A stretch of 64,000 nt of DNA from Vermamoeba vermiformis (taxonomy: Eukaryota). The DNA is taken from the NCBI GenBank assembly GCA_045837725.1, contig JBEWZL010000266.1, forward strand, positions 248,001 through 312,000, written 5' to 3'. Shown one piece after another: positions 1 through 14,377 of this stretch. Under the pieces are notes generated by a model. It did no database searches. It was not told the origin of the DNA and was given only the letters and a program-made list of their open reading frames with translations. The position numbers and the translations under genes are program-made. Positions within the stretch are counted from its first letter, which is position 1. The number at the start of each line of letters is the position of its first letter.

Positions 1-1047
1 GCACAGTGCTTCAGCCTTGACGTAGCACTTGTTGAGAGAGTCCCAAATCTCCAGCGAGGGGACCGATGTGCGCAACAACAGCGTCACGAGACCAGTGTCT
101 GGAGGCACGAGGTTGCATCAATTGCTGCACATTATAGGGACAAGTGACTGCGACGTACCTGTGTGCTCTTCACACGCGCACTGCTCTTGTTGCTGCGGCA
201 GGTAGTGAATGACGCTCACACTCGACTTGACGGGCACAAACTCTTGAATGGCGGCCACTGTGTCATCAAGTATCAGTCGCTTTTCCTTCTCCTCATGATG
301 TCTGTAATAATATATGAGTATACGTCTATAATATACTCGAGACTGCTTACGCGATGCTGTCAAAGCAGGCCCATGCAGTGTTGTAGCATCGTTCAAAAAA
401 CGCGTCAAAAATGCCTCGGAACTCTGGGAATTGATTCGGCCAGTAGGCTTCAATATCATTTGGACGAAGCTGAAGAAGCAATTATAATTATGCACGCAAT
501 TGCGATTTAAGATTGTAATACCTTTAAATACTCTCTGACTCCGGGCACAACGACGTAACCCAAATTATTGCGATCCACGTCGGCGTTGTTATTTTTGATT
601 TCTTGAGGTTGATCAAAATATTGCTTGGATATATTTTTAAGGGCGTTGTAGCGTTGCACAGTCTCAGGATCCATCTAGGAATTTTAGTTCAATTTCAAAT
701 AAATTTAAAATAAATCAAGCACCTACTCTGATCACAGTGTATCCTCGTGTCTTAATATTTTCTACAAATTGTCGTCGGGCATCAGCATCATTGGCAATTA
801 ACGCCAACAAATCAATCTTGGGCGGTAATTCCACATCTGTCCTTCCTGGTGCAGCGTTACGCAGTTGTTTTTCTTTGTAAAATGGGCTGTCCTTGCCCAT
901 TACTTTGATATTAGGATCTCCTTCTTCATCGTCGTGGCTGGCCTCATCTTGTTGATTTTTCTTCCAAATAAAGAATGAAGCTACACCAGCAACAAAAGCC
1001 GATGCAATGCCCAAAAGAGTTTTAGGTTGTTTAAGTATGTCGCTCAT
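1..1047 (-). CDS. 2-oxoglutarate/Fe(II)-dependent dioxygenase (IPNS-like) with N-terminal membrane anchor; multi-exon, 3' end outside window
   Basis: Spliced exons give an N-terminal TM (LLGIASAFVAGVASFFIW), PKIDL...RGYTVI, YFDQPQEIK...NLGY and SVIHY...CEEHT (start of the HxD motif, interrupted by an intron), followed by TLLLR...LEIWD. Confidence 0.75.
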
Positions 1048-1156
1048 TGTGTTAGTGTTATTCGAAAAAAACAATGGTTGTTGGCTTGCAGGAACAGACA
1101 AAAAAGGTCACTTTCGCTGAAAATCAGTTTAGAATAATTATTTGCAACAGCGAACA

Positions 1157-3394
1157 TGGAACGAAATGGTACACACAATCAATTGATTACATTAAGATTC
1201 TAACCACTAAGTTTATCGCAGCTGCTAAGCGACGCATCCAACCGACAGTTGTCACAACTCCTGAATCTCCAACCAATGGCACTAAAAGGAAAATAGAAGA
1301 AACAGACGGAATTACATTCATCAAAAGCGTTACTTGCACAGATCAAGACGAGGGTAGAAAGTAAGTGACGAGCGAACATCATTTTTACTAAGAAAATTTA
1401 ATTCAAAAATTCAAAAATATCGATTTAAGCAGCAAATAGCGAGATATTAATCGTACAATTAGAATAAAACGAAGAAAAAATCAATCGGACCGAGACAGAA
1501 AAGTTGATCCTAAAGTCTTGGATCCGTTCCTGTTTTTGATCACAGAGCCACCAATAGCTACGGCTCACGGTTATAAGGTCATTGGAGAACTCGTATCCTT
1601 CATTGTTCATCGTGATAAATATGCGGGAGACTATCCGATAGGCGAGGACTTGACCAACAATCCGAACTTCACTAAAGGTACGGTACAGCATTGCAATTAC
1701 AAGTCTAACAATATGATCGCCAGAACAACGTGAATGTTGGGCTAATTTAGTTGCTGCTTTCAAAGATCCAGAGAGATTTGACGCCAACCACACCAAGTTT
1801 AGTTTCGTCAACAAAATTTTATGTTTACACCCGGAAGAAGCGTGGTTAAAAGAGAACATGGGATTTTGCAAGCTATACGGCGAGGTCTGGTGGGTCAAAA
1901 TGTTCCGCAAATTCTTCGAGAAGACGTCAAGTGGCACTGGCATGGAAGATTTTATTCAGGTACGCTTCGGATATTGTATAGTATTATAACTAATTATCAT
2001 CCAGATGGGCATGGCTGCCTTAGCTGCAGAGCTGTTCTATCGCTTTGTTTGGGCACGTCACACCATCCACGTGTATAATTACCTGAATGAGAAGTACAAA
2101 GATTACGCGGTCAGTAAAGAACCTGTAATTAATGGTCTGGACTAACAGTGACGAATAGACTGTACATGCTAACGAAGAACACATGAGTGATGATGTGGTA
2201 GATCAAGAGGACTTGGGTGAAGGATCCTCAGAGTCAAGTAGCGAGGCATCAGATGTCTCGGGCATTGAAAGCGATTGGGAAGAGGAGGAAAGTGACGATG
2301 ACAAAGACGAGGCGATGGACGAAGACACAACAGAGAGTGCACCTAGCAAGAACTCGGCTATAACGAATGCGATTAACGAGCGACTAGCAAAAGGTCACAA
2401 TGACCCTATCTTGCATTATTTTCCCGAAGAGATTGAAAACTTTGATCAAGAAGTCGCTGAGGACTTTGACGACATGGTTGAAGCAGCAGCGCTATTCTTC
2501 ACGCACCCAAACATTACAACAGCCATTGATGACCTCGAGAGCGTGTTTCTTGGCAATGAAGCACCGTGGAACATTGAACAAGCAATTGAGGCCTTCGTAA
2601 AATTGATTGAATACAAGAACAGAGCTAACAGTTCAAAAACAACACTCTCGAAGTCACAGATCCGTGGCCACGTGTTACATTTGTACAAACACGCCTTTGT
2701 TCCGATAGTTGAGAAGCTAGGCATTCAAACGAGCGGAGAAAACAACTACGTTTGGAAATGGCATCCTGATTTCTGCATTGAATACGTGGACAACGTGTAC
2801 ATTCCTGCCTTTAGAAGCTTGACGCAAGATGGTTCTATTCCTCACACGCAGACCTTCTTAACACTGTTCCCCAAGCTTTTCATGTTGCACGATAACACAA
2901 CGGACAGATCATTGCACCAGGTCTACTCGCGCATCAAGAGCAGATTAGAGTACAAAGGCGAGCTTACCAGTGAGCTAGACAACTTGTTGCGTATGATGGA
3001 CGAACTGACCGAAGAACGAGAGGGCATCATTCAAAAGAACAAAGAGGATGGCATTGAAGATGATGATACCAACGTTGAGTGCGACGATGAGGAGGAAGAA
3101 GAAAGAAGACTGGCCGAGCGATTGAAACGCAAAGCTGAAAAAGAGAACGACAAGGGCACTGTGTCTTCAGACTTTGCACGCTTGATGAAACAAAAGCTGA
3201 TAGCAACACGAAACAACAGGCTGATTGAACTTGACGAGATGATTGACAAGCTGCGAGTTGAAATCAATCGTATCACGGGTGATGCTGACAAAGCCGTGCC
3301 AAAGAGGCGTCGAAGTAAAAAAGAGCCAGAAATGAGCACTGACGAGCTGATGAGCAACAACGACAAGGAGATGAACAACTTGAATCTCCAATAA
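1157..3394 (+). CDS. Hypothetical multi-exon protein with acidic tracts, basic NLS-like segments and a C-terminal coiled coil
   Basis: The 403-aa terminal ORF (2183-3394) can be joined to upstream exons through GT-AG introns; no family recognised; start codon tentative. Confidence 0.6.
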
Positions 3395-3485
3395 GCTGTA
3401 GATATTGCACATAGATGTATTAAATAGTCCTATTTACATGTCTCGCACTGTTGATTGTTAATCTAGGCTTTGTTTTCTTTTGCGT

Positions 3486-4163
3486 TCAATTCGCTTCAAT
3501 TTGACAGCCCACATTGTGTGCACGATCCGCAGGATGATACTGACACCAATGAACTGCAGTGCTGCTCCCACTAGTGTGGACAACACCTTCTTCTCGGAGA
3601 AGTCGCCTAGAGCAATGATAAGTCTATAGTTCCAATCAAAAGAGTTAATTTTTACCGTAGAAGCGGTGATAAATTGACACCGACATCGCGACTACCCAAA
3701 GGATTAATTCCGCAACGACCACTCGTAGATTGGCTTTACGATACTGTAGAGAGTTACTACATGTCCTTAACGATACAACTCAGGTCTTACGTATTCTAAC
3801 AGCTCGTTGCTTTGAGTATGAGCGGCGATCATGCCCAACAAAAATCCTGTGCCTTGAAACACGCCTAAATATTTTTATGATAATTATTATTGAATTTGGC
3901 GAATATAATCAACTGCATAGCGCTTTATGGATTCTATAGGATTTTTTAAATTTAAATAAACATAGATCCAACACTTACTGAGAAACATGCCCAGATAAAT
4001 TGGTACGAGGTCAACATCATCCTTTATAGGATATTCGCGCACTTGAAGATACGTGTAATAAATCAAACCTGTCTGAGCAAGCTTAGTAATTGGGATCGTG
4101 TGGCTATTTACGAATGGTTACCAGTTCAAGCAGCAAAACATATTGCAACTTAGTGACAAACAT
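3486..4163 (-). CDS. Small multi-pass membrane protein (5 short exons; absent from ORF track)
   Basis: Manual translation of minus-strand exons between splice sites gives MFVTKLQYVLLLEL / GLIYYTYLQVREYP...IYLGMFL / GVFQGTGFLLGMIAAH / NLRVVVAELILWVVAMSVSIY / DFSEKKVLSTLVGAALQFIGVSIILRIVHTMWGCQIEAN*. Confidence 0.6.
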
Positions 4164-4421
4164 AATGTGGTTCACTTTTCATTAATATGATCTGTATTGT
4201 TGGCTGCGTGGAGAAAAACTCCGAACCGACAAAAACACGTGACATGGGAGCGATCTCCTCTTCAAAAAAAGAAAGTTTTTATTCTCGTTATCTTGAAATA
4301 GATAGCACATATTGGTGATTACATGCTATTGTAACTTCTGGTTGGAGGGATCGATTTTGGCGGCCTGATCTAGAATTGCAAGTTAGACGAGTAGACTGCA
4401 AGGTCGATAACCACAGCCAAT

Positions 4422-6632
4422 ATGGAACAAAATAATATTCAAAATGATGCCGTCGATGTCAAAGACAAAGACTCTCTAGTTGAGCGGAGGTAAGCAAATC
4501 CACCGTAATAATTCAAATATTCTTGTCGTAAATTATTACATTAGTTATAGACGTCATTCCTTATGGTTATTATTTTGATTATAATAAAATAAAATAACGG
4601 ATATTTACGCAAAATAATAATAAATTACTTTTAGCGTTGTAATGCTTGGCCGACTTACAGAGTTCTTGAAAAAGCATCTCAATTACTTCCGCCTTCATAT
4701 GATTTACTTCATCCTGATGTGTATATTCGGAGGGTTACTCCTTTGGATTTCAGAAACTGGCCACATTAGTTACACCGATGCACTATCAACCATTACGAGT
4801 GCCATGTGCGTGACTGGTCTATCAGTAGTTGATGTCTACGCCCTTGGTGCCGTCTCACAGTTCATTATCATGTTGTGGATCCTCTTGGGCAGCACCGTGT
4901 TCATGAGGCAAGTGCTAACTGTCATTATCAGCCCTTGACTTGTTATTAATATACTCAATTACTAGTGTCGTGCCCTTGTTCATCAGACTGCGGTTCTTTA
5001 AGAAATCGCTCGCACAAGAGACTGGTGGGGACGAAACGGTAGACCCCGAGGCAGTACTCACGGGCAATGCACGCCTCGAGTACCTCGGTGTGAGAGAGCT
5101 GATCAAAGTCGTGCTGACCTATTACATACTGTGCATGGCTCTTGGATTCATCGGCTTCCTCGTATACTTCATTGTGTCCGATGACGGTCGCAATATTCTC
5201 GAGTCACGCGGAGTGAATGGCATCTGGTTCTCAGTGTTTCAAGCAGTCTCTTCGTTCAACAACGCTGGCTACACCTTATTGAGTGACAACTTGGTCCTGT
5301 TCAAGACCTCGTACCCTGTGTTGTTGATCACTTCTGCGTTGATTCTTCTCGGCAACACTGGCTTTCCCATTGCCCTCTACCTCATCGTGTGGATCTTGTC
5401 GCGTGTCAGAAGACAGAGCGATGTCTACAAATACATTCTCAAGAATCCACGTAAAGTTTTCACGCATTTGTTCGCCTTCCGTCAAACACTGTGGCTCCTC
5501 TTAGCACTCATTGCACTCAACGCAATTGAAGCTGTGATATTTTTGGCGTTGGATTGGAACCGACCTGTGCTTGAGGGTCTCGATACTGGACAAAAGCTGC
5601 TCAACGGTTACTTCATGTCAATTTCTACACGCACTGCTGGTTTCAACACAATTGACATTAGCATTGCTTCACCCGCACTTTTGATCATTCAAATTGGCTT
5701 CATGTATGTTTCTGCTTATCCGGTTTCGTTGTCCGTCCGTTACTCGAACATGAAGCTGCAGAGTGAGAAAAAGAAAAAGAACAAACGAAGCTATTACAAA
5801 TTCAACACGGCCTCAAGCCCTCAGAGTGAGAGAAACAATGGCGCGTCAAATCAGGACGGCAACAGCGTGGTGACGCATCGCACAGTGAGCACTACTCAAT
5901 CCATTGAAGAGCTTCGATCAGCGAGCGATATGGAAGCAGCTAATGATCGACAACGAGACTCGCAAGAGGAAGATTACACCATTCGTGTCACGGACATCAC
6001 ACAGCCCGACAAGAAGTTTGTTGGTGCCGCGAGGAACATTGTGGCACGTGATCTTTTGTGGATGTTTGTCATTTGGGCCATCATTGGCATCATTGAAGGT
6101 ATACCCTAATTATTTAATTATTATGACATGGTTTCTAACCTAAAGCAGTGGATCTATTGAGCTTGCCGGGCCAGTACCCAATCTTCAAGTCACTCTTTGA
6201 AGTCGTCTCTGCGTACGGCACTGTCGGTCTCTCACTGGGCACGGGCTATTCTGAGTGGCCCTTGGCGTTCAGCAGTCTGTGGCACAACGGCGCGAAGATC
6301 GTGTTGTGCATTGCAATGATCTTGGGTCGTCATCGTGGTCTGCCCGAGTCCGTTGATCGTGCCGTGCAATTGCCCAACTTGATGCAAAAACACATCAACA
6401 AACAAAATCAGAATGTTACTGCCAACAATAACAATATCAATGGCGATAACAACAATACTAACAACCGTGAAGATCGAACCTCGATAGAGTAAGTCAAATA
6501 TTGTTAAGTTAGACGGGTGTATTCTAATCGCGATTGCGCAGCTCTGTCGATTCAACGCGCGGTGTGCCGCTTGACATCAACGCCATTGAATTGTCAAAGA
6601 TGAACGAGCCTGAAGATGATTTGATCATTTAA
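4422..6632 (+). CDS. Trk/HKT (TrkH-family) cation transporter
   Basis: Four pore-loop signatures, all with Gly: SAMCVTGLS, SSFNNAGY, STRTAGFN, SAYGTVGLS; also the C-terminal GRHRGLP motif. Confidence 0.92.
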
Positions 6633-6739
6633 CGAGTTGTTGAGGCCTTCTTATTTATTCGAGTTAACTGTACATAAATTCTGCGGACTAGTTAGATATC
6701 CTAATTATATTACAATAGATATCCTATATACATTACAAT

Positions 6740-7731
6740 TTATTTGTCTATTATTTTGTACAACGAGTCGATACTCAGCGGTGCATCCAGTGGATAGCGA
6801 GCACGCACAGCTTCAGGATTGATGACCTCTTTTAATATCCACTGGTACTTCAGCTCGTCCTTTTCACGTTCTGTTAAATTGCCGCGTCCTAGCCAGCCAT
6901 GACACTGCAGATTCGCCAACAGAATTGCAGTCGCGACTGAAATGTTGAATGACTGCGAATAGCCGTACATTGGCAAGTACCACCGCACATCTGCTTCTTT
7001 CCTCATAGTCTCGCTCACACCTTCGCTTTCATTGCCGAAGATAAACGCGATTTTGTCGTGTTGTGGATCGAATTGTTTTATCATTTCACTGAACGGCAAG
7101 GCACCGGGACCCAGATCACTGACCAGCAGCTTAACATTGTTGTCTTTTAGTCTCTTAATGTACGGCTGTGTGACTTTGTATTTGGTTATCGATAGCCTTG
7201 CAAGATTAATTCTATGAGTTCACCAAAAGTAGACTAGATCCAGCGTTACATACCAGGTATCCGCACCTTTTGAGGCGGTGGTGCGAGAGCCATGCTTTCT
7301 AAACATTTCTTCAGGCTTAGTATTGGGCTGAAAGTCCTCTATAATGTGGATGTTCTGCACTCCAAAGTTGTCAGCTGTTCTACGGTCAAAAATAAGCTTT
7401 TGTGAAATAATTTGCCAATAATAATATTTAACACTAATTTAATAAAAAGCACATAGAGAGGATTATTTTCGAATTTTTGGTATTAAATCAAAATGGATCC
7501 AACACATCTACGCGTGCAAAAATCTGATTTAAAATGGCAATTCGAACGTAAATTCGCTACGATATTGTACCTTAGGCATGCGTGAATATTATGAGGGTTA
7601 TTTAAATTTTCAAAACTGAGATGCACGTTGTTGACACGATATTTGAGCGCTTGATCAATCAGTTTGACTCTGTTAGGCGAAATTAGCTCTGATAATATAC
7701 CGAGCACATGTTTAATAGGATAAGTCGCCAT
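6740..7731 (-). CDS. SpoU/TrmH-family RNA 2'-O-methyltransferase
   Basis: ENLNNPHNIHACLR, IFGNESEGVS and LPMYGYSQSFNISVA SPOUT motifs. Confidence 0.9.
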
Positions 7732-7894
7732 GTGTTCATTAATATGGTCCTTGTGACCGTTAACAAAAACAAATAATTTGTGCGTTACAATTAATTTTAT
7801 TTTCAACAAGACATTGCACGAGCACAATCAAAGAATAATATCAGATATATATTGATATTATTAGCGATAAAATAGTTCGGAGGAGCTAATTGAA

Positions 7895-10739
7895 ATGAGC
7901 TATTTCGAGGTCCTGCCGGACGAACTCGTCCTTCACATATTTTCCAAATTTCACACGATAAAAGACCTAAGAAATGCTAGTATCAGTAAGTATCAACTGT
8001 TTGCAATTAGAATACTGATCGAGAACAAAAAAAATACATAATATTTCAATTTCTATTTATTTTTGAAATTCCAATGTTTTTATATCGATTTCAATTTGTA
8101 TCACTACACTATACATATACTAATCAATATAATCGCTACAGCATGCGAAAAATTTTGTGGAATATTCTGCAATTTGCCAAGTGAGTTTTGGCGTGGTATT
8201 TTCGCTCAACATTGGTTTTTAAATGAATTAGAATTGGCACATTTGACCGACAAGTAAGATATTATATTAATATTAATACTATTCATGTAATTGCATTCTA
8301 TCACCTGTCTTTTCACTATTTCTCCGGAAGGAGATTTTCCACGCTATTTTTAGCTCGGATTAAAGTTTATTTTTAGAAACTGGCGCGAAGTCGTCAAAAC
8401 ACTCGTGCAGAATGAAAAAGAGATATTAGCGGACACGTCAGTCGAGGGCGAGGTGTTGAGAACGATCGTCACTCATTTGCGGAGTCCAACGCTCGTGTCA
8501 GATCTGCTCCAAGCGAATTCTGCAGCGGAAATTCAACTCAAACAAGCGATGATAAATTTGCGCAAAGATTACGTGCTCGAAACAGTCGGTACGTTAAAAG
8601 AATTATTGCAAGAATTCTGCGTGATTGACATTGTTGACACTTGCCTAATTAGGAAGTCTAAGAGTCACTAAATTGTTGCAATTAAATGTGCAGCAGCTAT
8701 TGGTCAGTTTGCTGGGTGTTTATCCACGCGCGACAGCACTGAACTCGCTCATTGAAGAGACTGGCCTGTCACTCTACGAGCTGTTCGGTATGAACTCGGT
8801 CTTGTTTCAGACACGTGCTGATACTTCCTTATTAGGCAACAAACAAATAACACGTGATGCGATACCGTACGGCATTCTGAGCAATTTGCGCAAACACATT
8901 GAACACGAGTCACTATTGCACGTACAGCGCACAACATTTATTTATTGGAGTCTCGCTGAACTCGGTATGATGACTATTGCCTTATTTGGACATTTGTTTC
9001 ATACTAATCCTATTTTTAGAAACACTGCTGCCGTTGTTCTTGAAGATGGGTTACATTCCCTTATTAAGTAGTTTGCTGTCGCAGCACGAGGACAAAGAAA
9101 TTCATCAAAGTGTCTTGGGCTTCTTGACGTGGTTTCAAAAGACCGGTATGAATATTAGGATATGAATTATAAAGACATATTTAACACGTCTCCTAATTAG
9201 GCAATTTCGATGTAGAAGTCGACAAATCAAAAAATCTGGTGCCGAAGATGTTGGACATATTCACGGCCCCTGACTTGAGCAACATGGAGCTGCGAGAGAC
9301 TGCGTCACGTGCGATCAGAACGACGATTGGTTACGGTACGTGTGATTGCCTAATTAGGAAATGGTATCGGACTAACGCCTGCACAGAGGGTGGCACCAAA
9401 GCGCTAAAGACGTTCATTGAGTGCAATGGCATTGAACGGAGCTTAGAACTGTTGATGAAAATCAGCGAGCAAGCGGCAACTGACGCCAAAGCAGTCAGTC
9501 ACAAAGTAGTGCCGACACACGTGAGCATTGTCGTGGAGGTCATTGTCACGCTGCACTGTTGCATTTCATTCATCTCGTCGGATCACATACGCACTAGTAC
9601 GTCCTCATACTACCTCTGAATATGCCTCTTTTTTCTGACATCTACGTTGCAGATCTGATCCACGAGAGTGTTCAGCGATTAGAGCCTCATTTCGACACCT
9701 TGATTCAATACATTTCATTCCCTCATTCGATTGTACGCAAGAAAGCAATTGATTTCTGGATGAGCTGCATGTGTGGTGAGTGCTGAATGACACGTGTCAC
9801 AAATGTCTTCAATATCAGCTAATTCGTTCCTTGCAGCTAAAATCCCAGCCCCAGAAGTGAATAAAAAGATCATGGCCGCACTCGTCAATATGGTGCGCAC
9901 TGAAACTGCCTTCAAAATGCGCATCAGATACTTCTCACTCGCCGCGAATATTGCTGTCACTGACGGTACGAACTAACATCAAGTACAGCAGTCATTGCAC
10001 AACTAACTTGTCCGCCACAGACTCTGTGTTCTGCAGTGAAGATGCACGCACGCTGGGTGAGGTGTGGATTGAAGGCTTTTTATCGGAAGACATGGAGAAG
10101 TTAGAAGGTGATACGCGCTGGCTGTTGTATTTAATCCCTGGCTCGTTGTTTCAGTTCGGTAAGGGACTCACTTGTCATCAATCACTTGACACGTACTGAC
10201 CTCACACAATCCCCAGAGGAGTTTCAACGGATCACAGCCGCCAAGCCTAAAGCAGTTGCCAAGATGAAACAGTTCGCGAGTGCGGAGAACACTGATCTCG
10301 TGAACAGATTTCGCGCCACTCTCGCGCTGAGTTACATGTACCAGACTGGCGTGCTCGACTCGTCAGTGTTGCCGTTGATTTATGACTTTGCAATGCAAGT
10401 GCCGCACACCGTGGCGTGGCGATTGGTCTTCTCAAAAATGAAGCCGTACTGCCACTTGTTCCCGTCACATAGCGTCGAATTGCTGGCACTCGGCGCGTGG
10501 CTGCTGGCACACACCTCGCTGACTGGTACGTGCCGGCACTTGTTTGTCTGATACTGATCTCTCGAGCTAACATTGTCACAGAGATTGGCAAGGAGGCGAT
10601 TAATGTTGAACTCGATTGGAGTGTCGTGGCGCGATTAGAAGCCTCGGATAATCCGCGGATCCAAGAACTGGTGAAAATATTCCGGCACAATATGAACAAA
10701 TTGTCGAGTTACTTCACGATTTGGGACTCTGTGAAATAA
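7895..10739 (+). CDS. F-box protein with helical (ARM/HEAT-like) C-terminal region
   Basis: First exon MSYFEVLPDELVLHIFSKF is an F-box; many Leu-rich helical exons follow. Confidence 0.65.
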
Positions 10740-10852
10740 ACTAGTTGTATTTCTAATCCTTAACATTATCATTAGTATTTCAGGGTTTATTGTACAGGTA
10801 ATGTTCTAATAATACAAGGTTCTATTTACATATTTTCAGTCATTGTTTGCAG

Positions 10853-12510
10853 TTATTTCATGCTGTCATGTGCCGCGGCGTTGTCGTTCTTCCATTGCGT
10901 GTACACATCCACGGCACGATTGAGCACCAGATCTGCGTTCAAAAATTGACTTCCCTAAATCATACGTACATTACTATGATATCCCCTAATATATTAAAGG
11001 TGATAGTACTTACAGTGATGTTTTTCAGAATGTGGTAGATGGACTTGCTGTCATTGAAGTTCATAATGTGCTCGCGAAATTGATGCAAAATTGCCAGTGC
11101 AATGCACGGCATTAAATTGTACGAGACACGAATCATTCTGTCCCACAGTCTAAATATAGAACATCGTGTTAATATCAGTGACACGTGTCAAACTATATTT
11201 TTCACAGTTGCAGCACTTACGTCTCTAGCACTCGTGGCTCGACAAAACACACGCCAAATACACTTCTGAACCACCTGTATAGTAAAATCATTAGTTTCCT
11301 TATATGGTAATGTCGTTCAGTGAATGCACATACGCGTAACTGAGAGTTTCGATTTTGGTGTTGGTCTCTAACAAGTGCTGATACAACACGGGATCGTGCG
11401 CCTTCAACAACTGCGCCAAATTGTTCACGTGGTGCATGATTGTAGCGCCCTGGTAGATAATTACCATATTAGGAAATAAGGTTCGAAAAAAAAGATTCCA
11501 ATATATTGTAGTGGTTTCGAATAATTGAAAGATTATTATGAAAATAACTACCTTATTCCCTCGTCTGTGCAATGAATTGCTCATAAATTTGTGAAAGCAC
11601 CAATAAGCCTCGCATTCATTGTCAAACATGGTCGCAAAAACAGTTGCGACGCGCTTCAACTCCGCGACATCGTCGCTGTCTCGCTATTATAGGACAGTGT
11701 TAATATATAAATATGCTTTTAAGGCTATGCATACCTCTCGCATTAAAAATTCTTGTCTCATTGTATAAATAGCGCACATGAGTTGAGATGTGCGTTCAAT
11801 GTGTTGCGGATCTCGCGAACTTGTTCGAATTAATTGGCAAAATCGCTTATAATATAGTATATATTAATACATACATTCTAATTGACTCGTCCATCGCGCC
11901 AGAGTTAATTAAAGTGGCAGTTCTTTTGAGATCTTTGTACTGCTCGTTCAATTGTTGTTGAACAAACTCCCAAGTCTCTCTATGCTGCGGTAGTGTGCCT
12001 ATATAATATTGTGAGTATTATTATTAATATTGTAAATAATTTGGAGATAAAGGGATCGAAATTAAGGGAGATCTCAATATATGTGTGTTGTACGGACAAG
12101 ATCCGCAATAATTAAGCACTCAAAGTGATGTGCCTTACCTAGCATTAATTTCCATATTAATGGCCGATGTTGCGCTGGTGTTTCAAACTTCCAGTTTAGT
12201 CGCTTCAATTTCCCAATGTCTGAAATTGAATGATGATTAATTAGGAGTCGTAATAACGAAATAAGCCTTAATATGCATTCTATATAGCATACAAATAGTG
12301 ATCAAGATTAAGAATCATTTTACAAAATTATTTGGATTTTTTGGGGCAGATTAGATTGCAGATGTGGTGGGTAGAAATTAGAACTAGACTGTAGTCGGTA
12401 CCTATTATAGACTCTCTAAGTAATGATACTACGGCAGATTGAATGGGAACTTCTTGAAATCCAAGCGTATTGAGGTACGCCGATCTAAAATCTCTTCTGC
12501 TCAGCGACAT
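10853..12510 (-). CDS. TBC1D7: TBC1 domain family member 7-like
   Basis: N-terminal RRDFRSAYLNTLGF, HRPLIWKLMLG, EAYWCF, RLWDR and C-terminal DLVLNRAVDVY follow the TBC1D7 layout as I recall it. Confidence 0.75.
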
Positions 12511-12756
12511 TCGACTTCAGTATAATAATAAATTCTTATAATATTGTTTAAATCATTTTGGCTTGTTGTTTCATTATCAAAAATACAATTTAATATCTTG
12601 GGAGCGCGCCAAATCAATTTTGTGATCTCGACCCCAAAAAAACACGGTGACAGCGAATTCAGACGTGAATATTCCAGTTGACATTAATATTCATATCGAA
12701 ATATTATGATATTAATATAATACGATTTACGAGTTCTGCAATACTTTGATATTATT

Positions 12757-14180
<1,424 letters not shown>

Positions 14181-14377
14181 TTAGTTGACCGTAACAAGCG
14201 TTTTATTAAAGTCTGTACAAATAATTATAATAACGCGTATTGATACGGCAAAGTTCCGTTCATCAAATATTAACTTGATGAATTAAAAAAAATTGAAAAA
14301 TCAGAAAATATACATGTCAGGGAGAGTTGAGTGGATGCGTCACTTGTGAGGTCAGGGCACGCCTTAGTAGCGATGGT

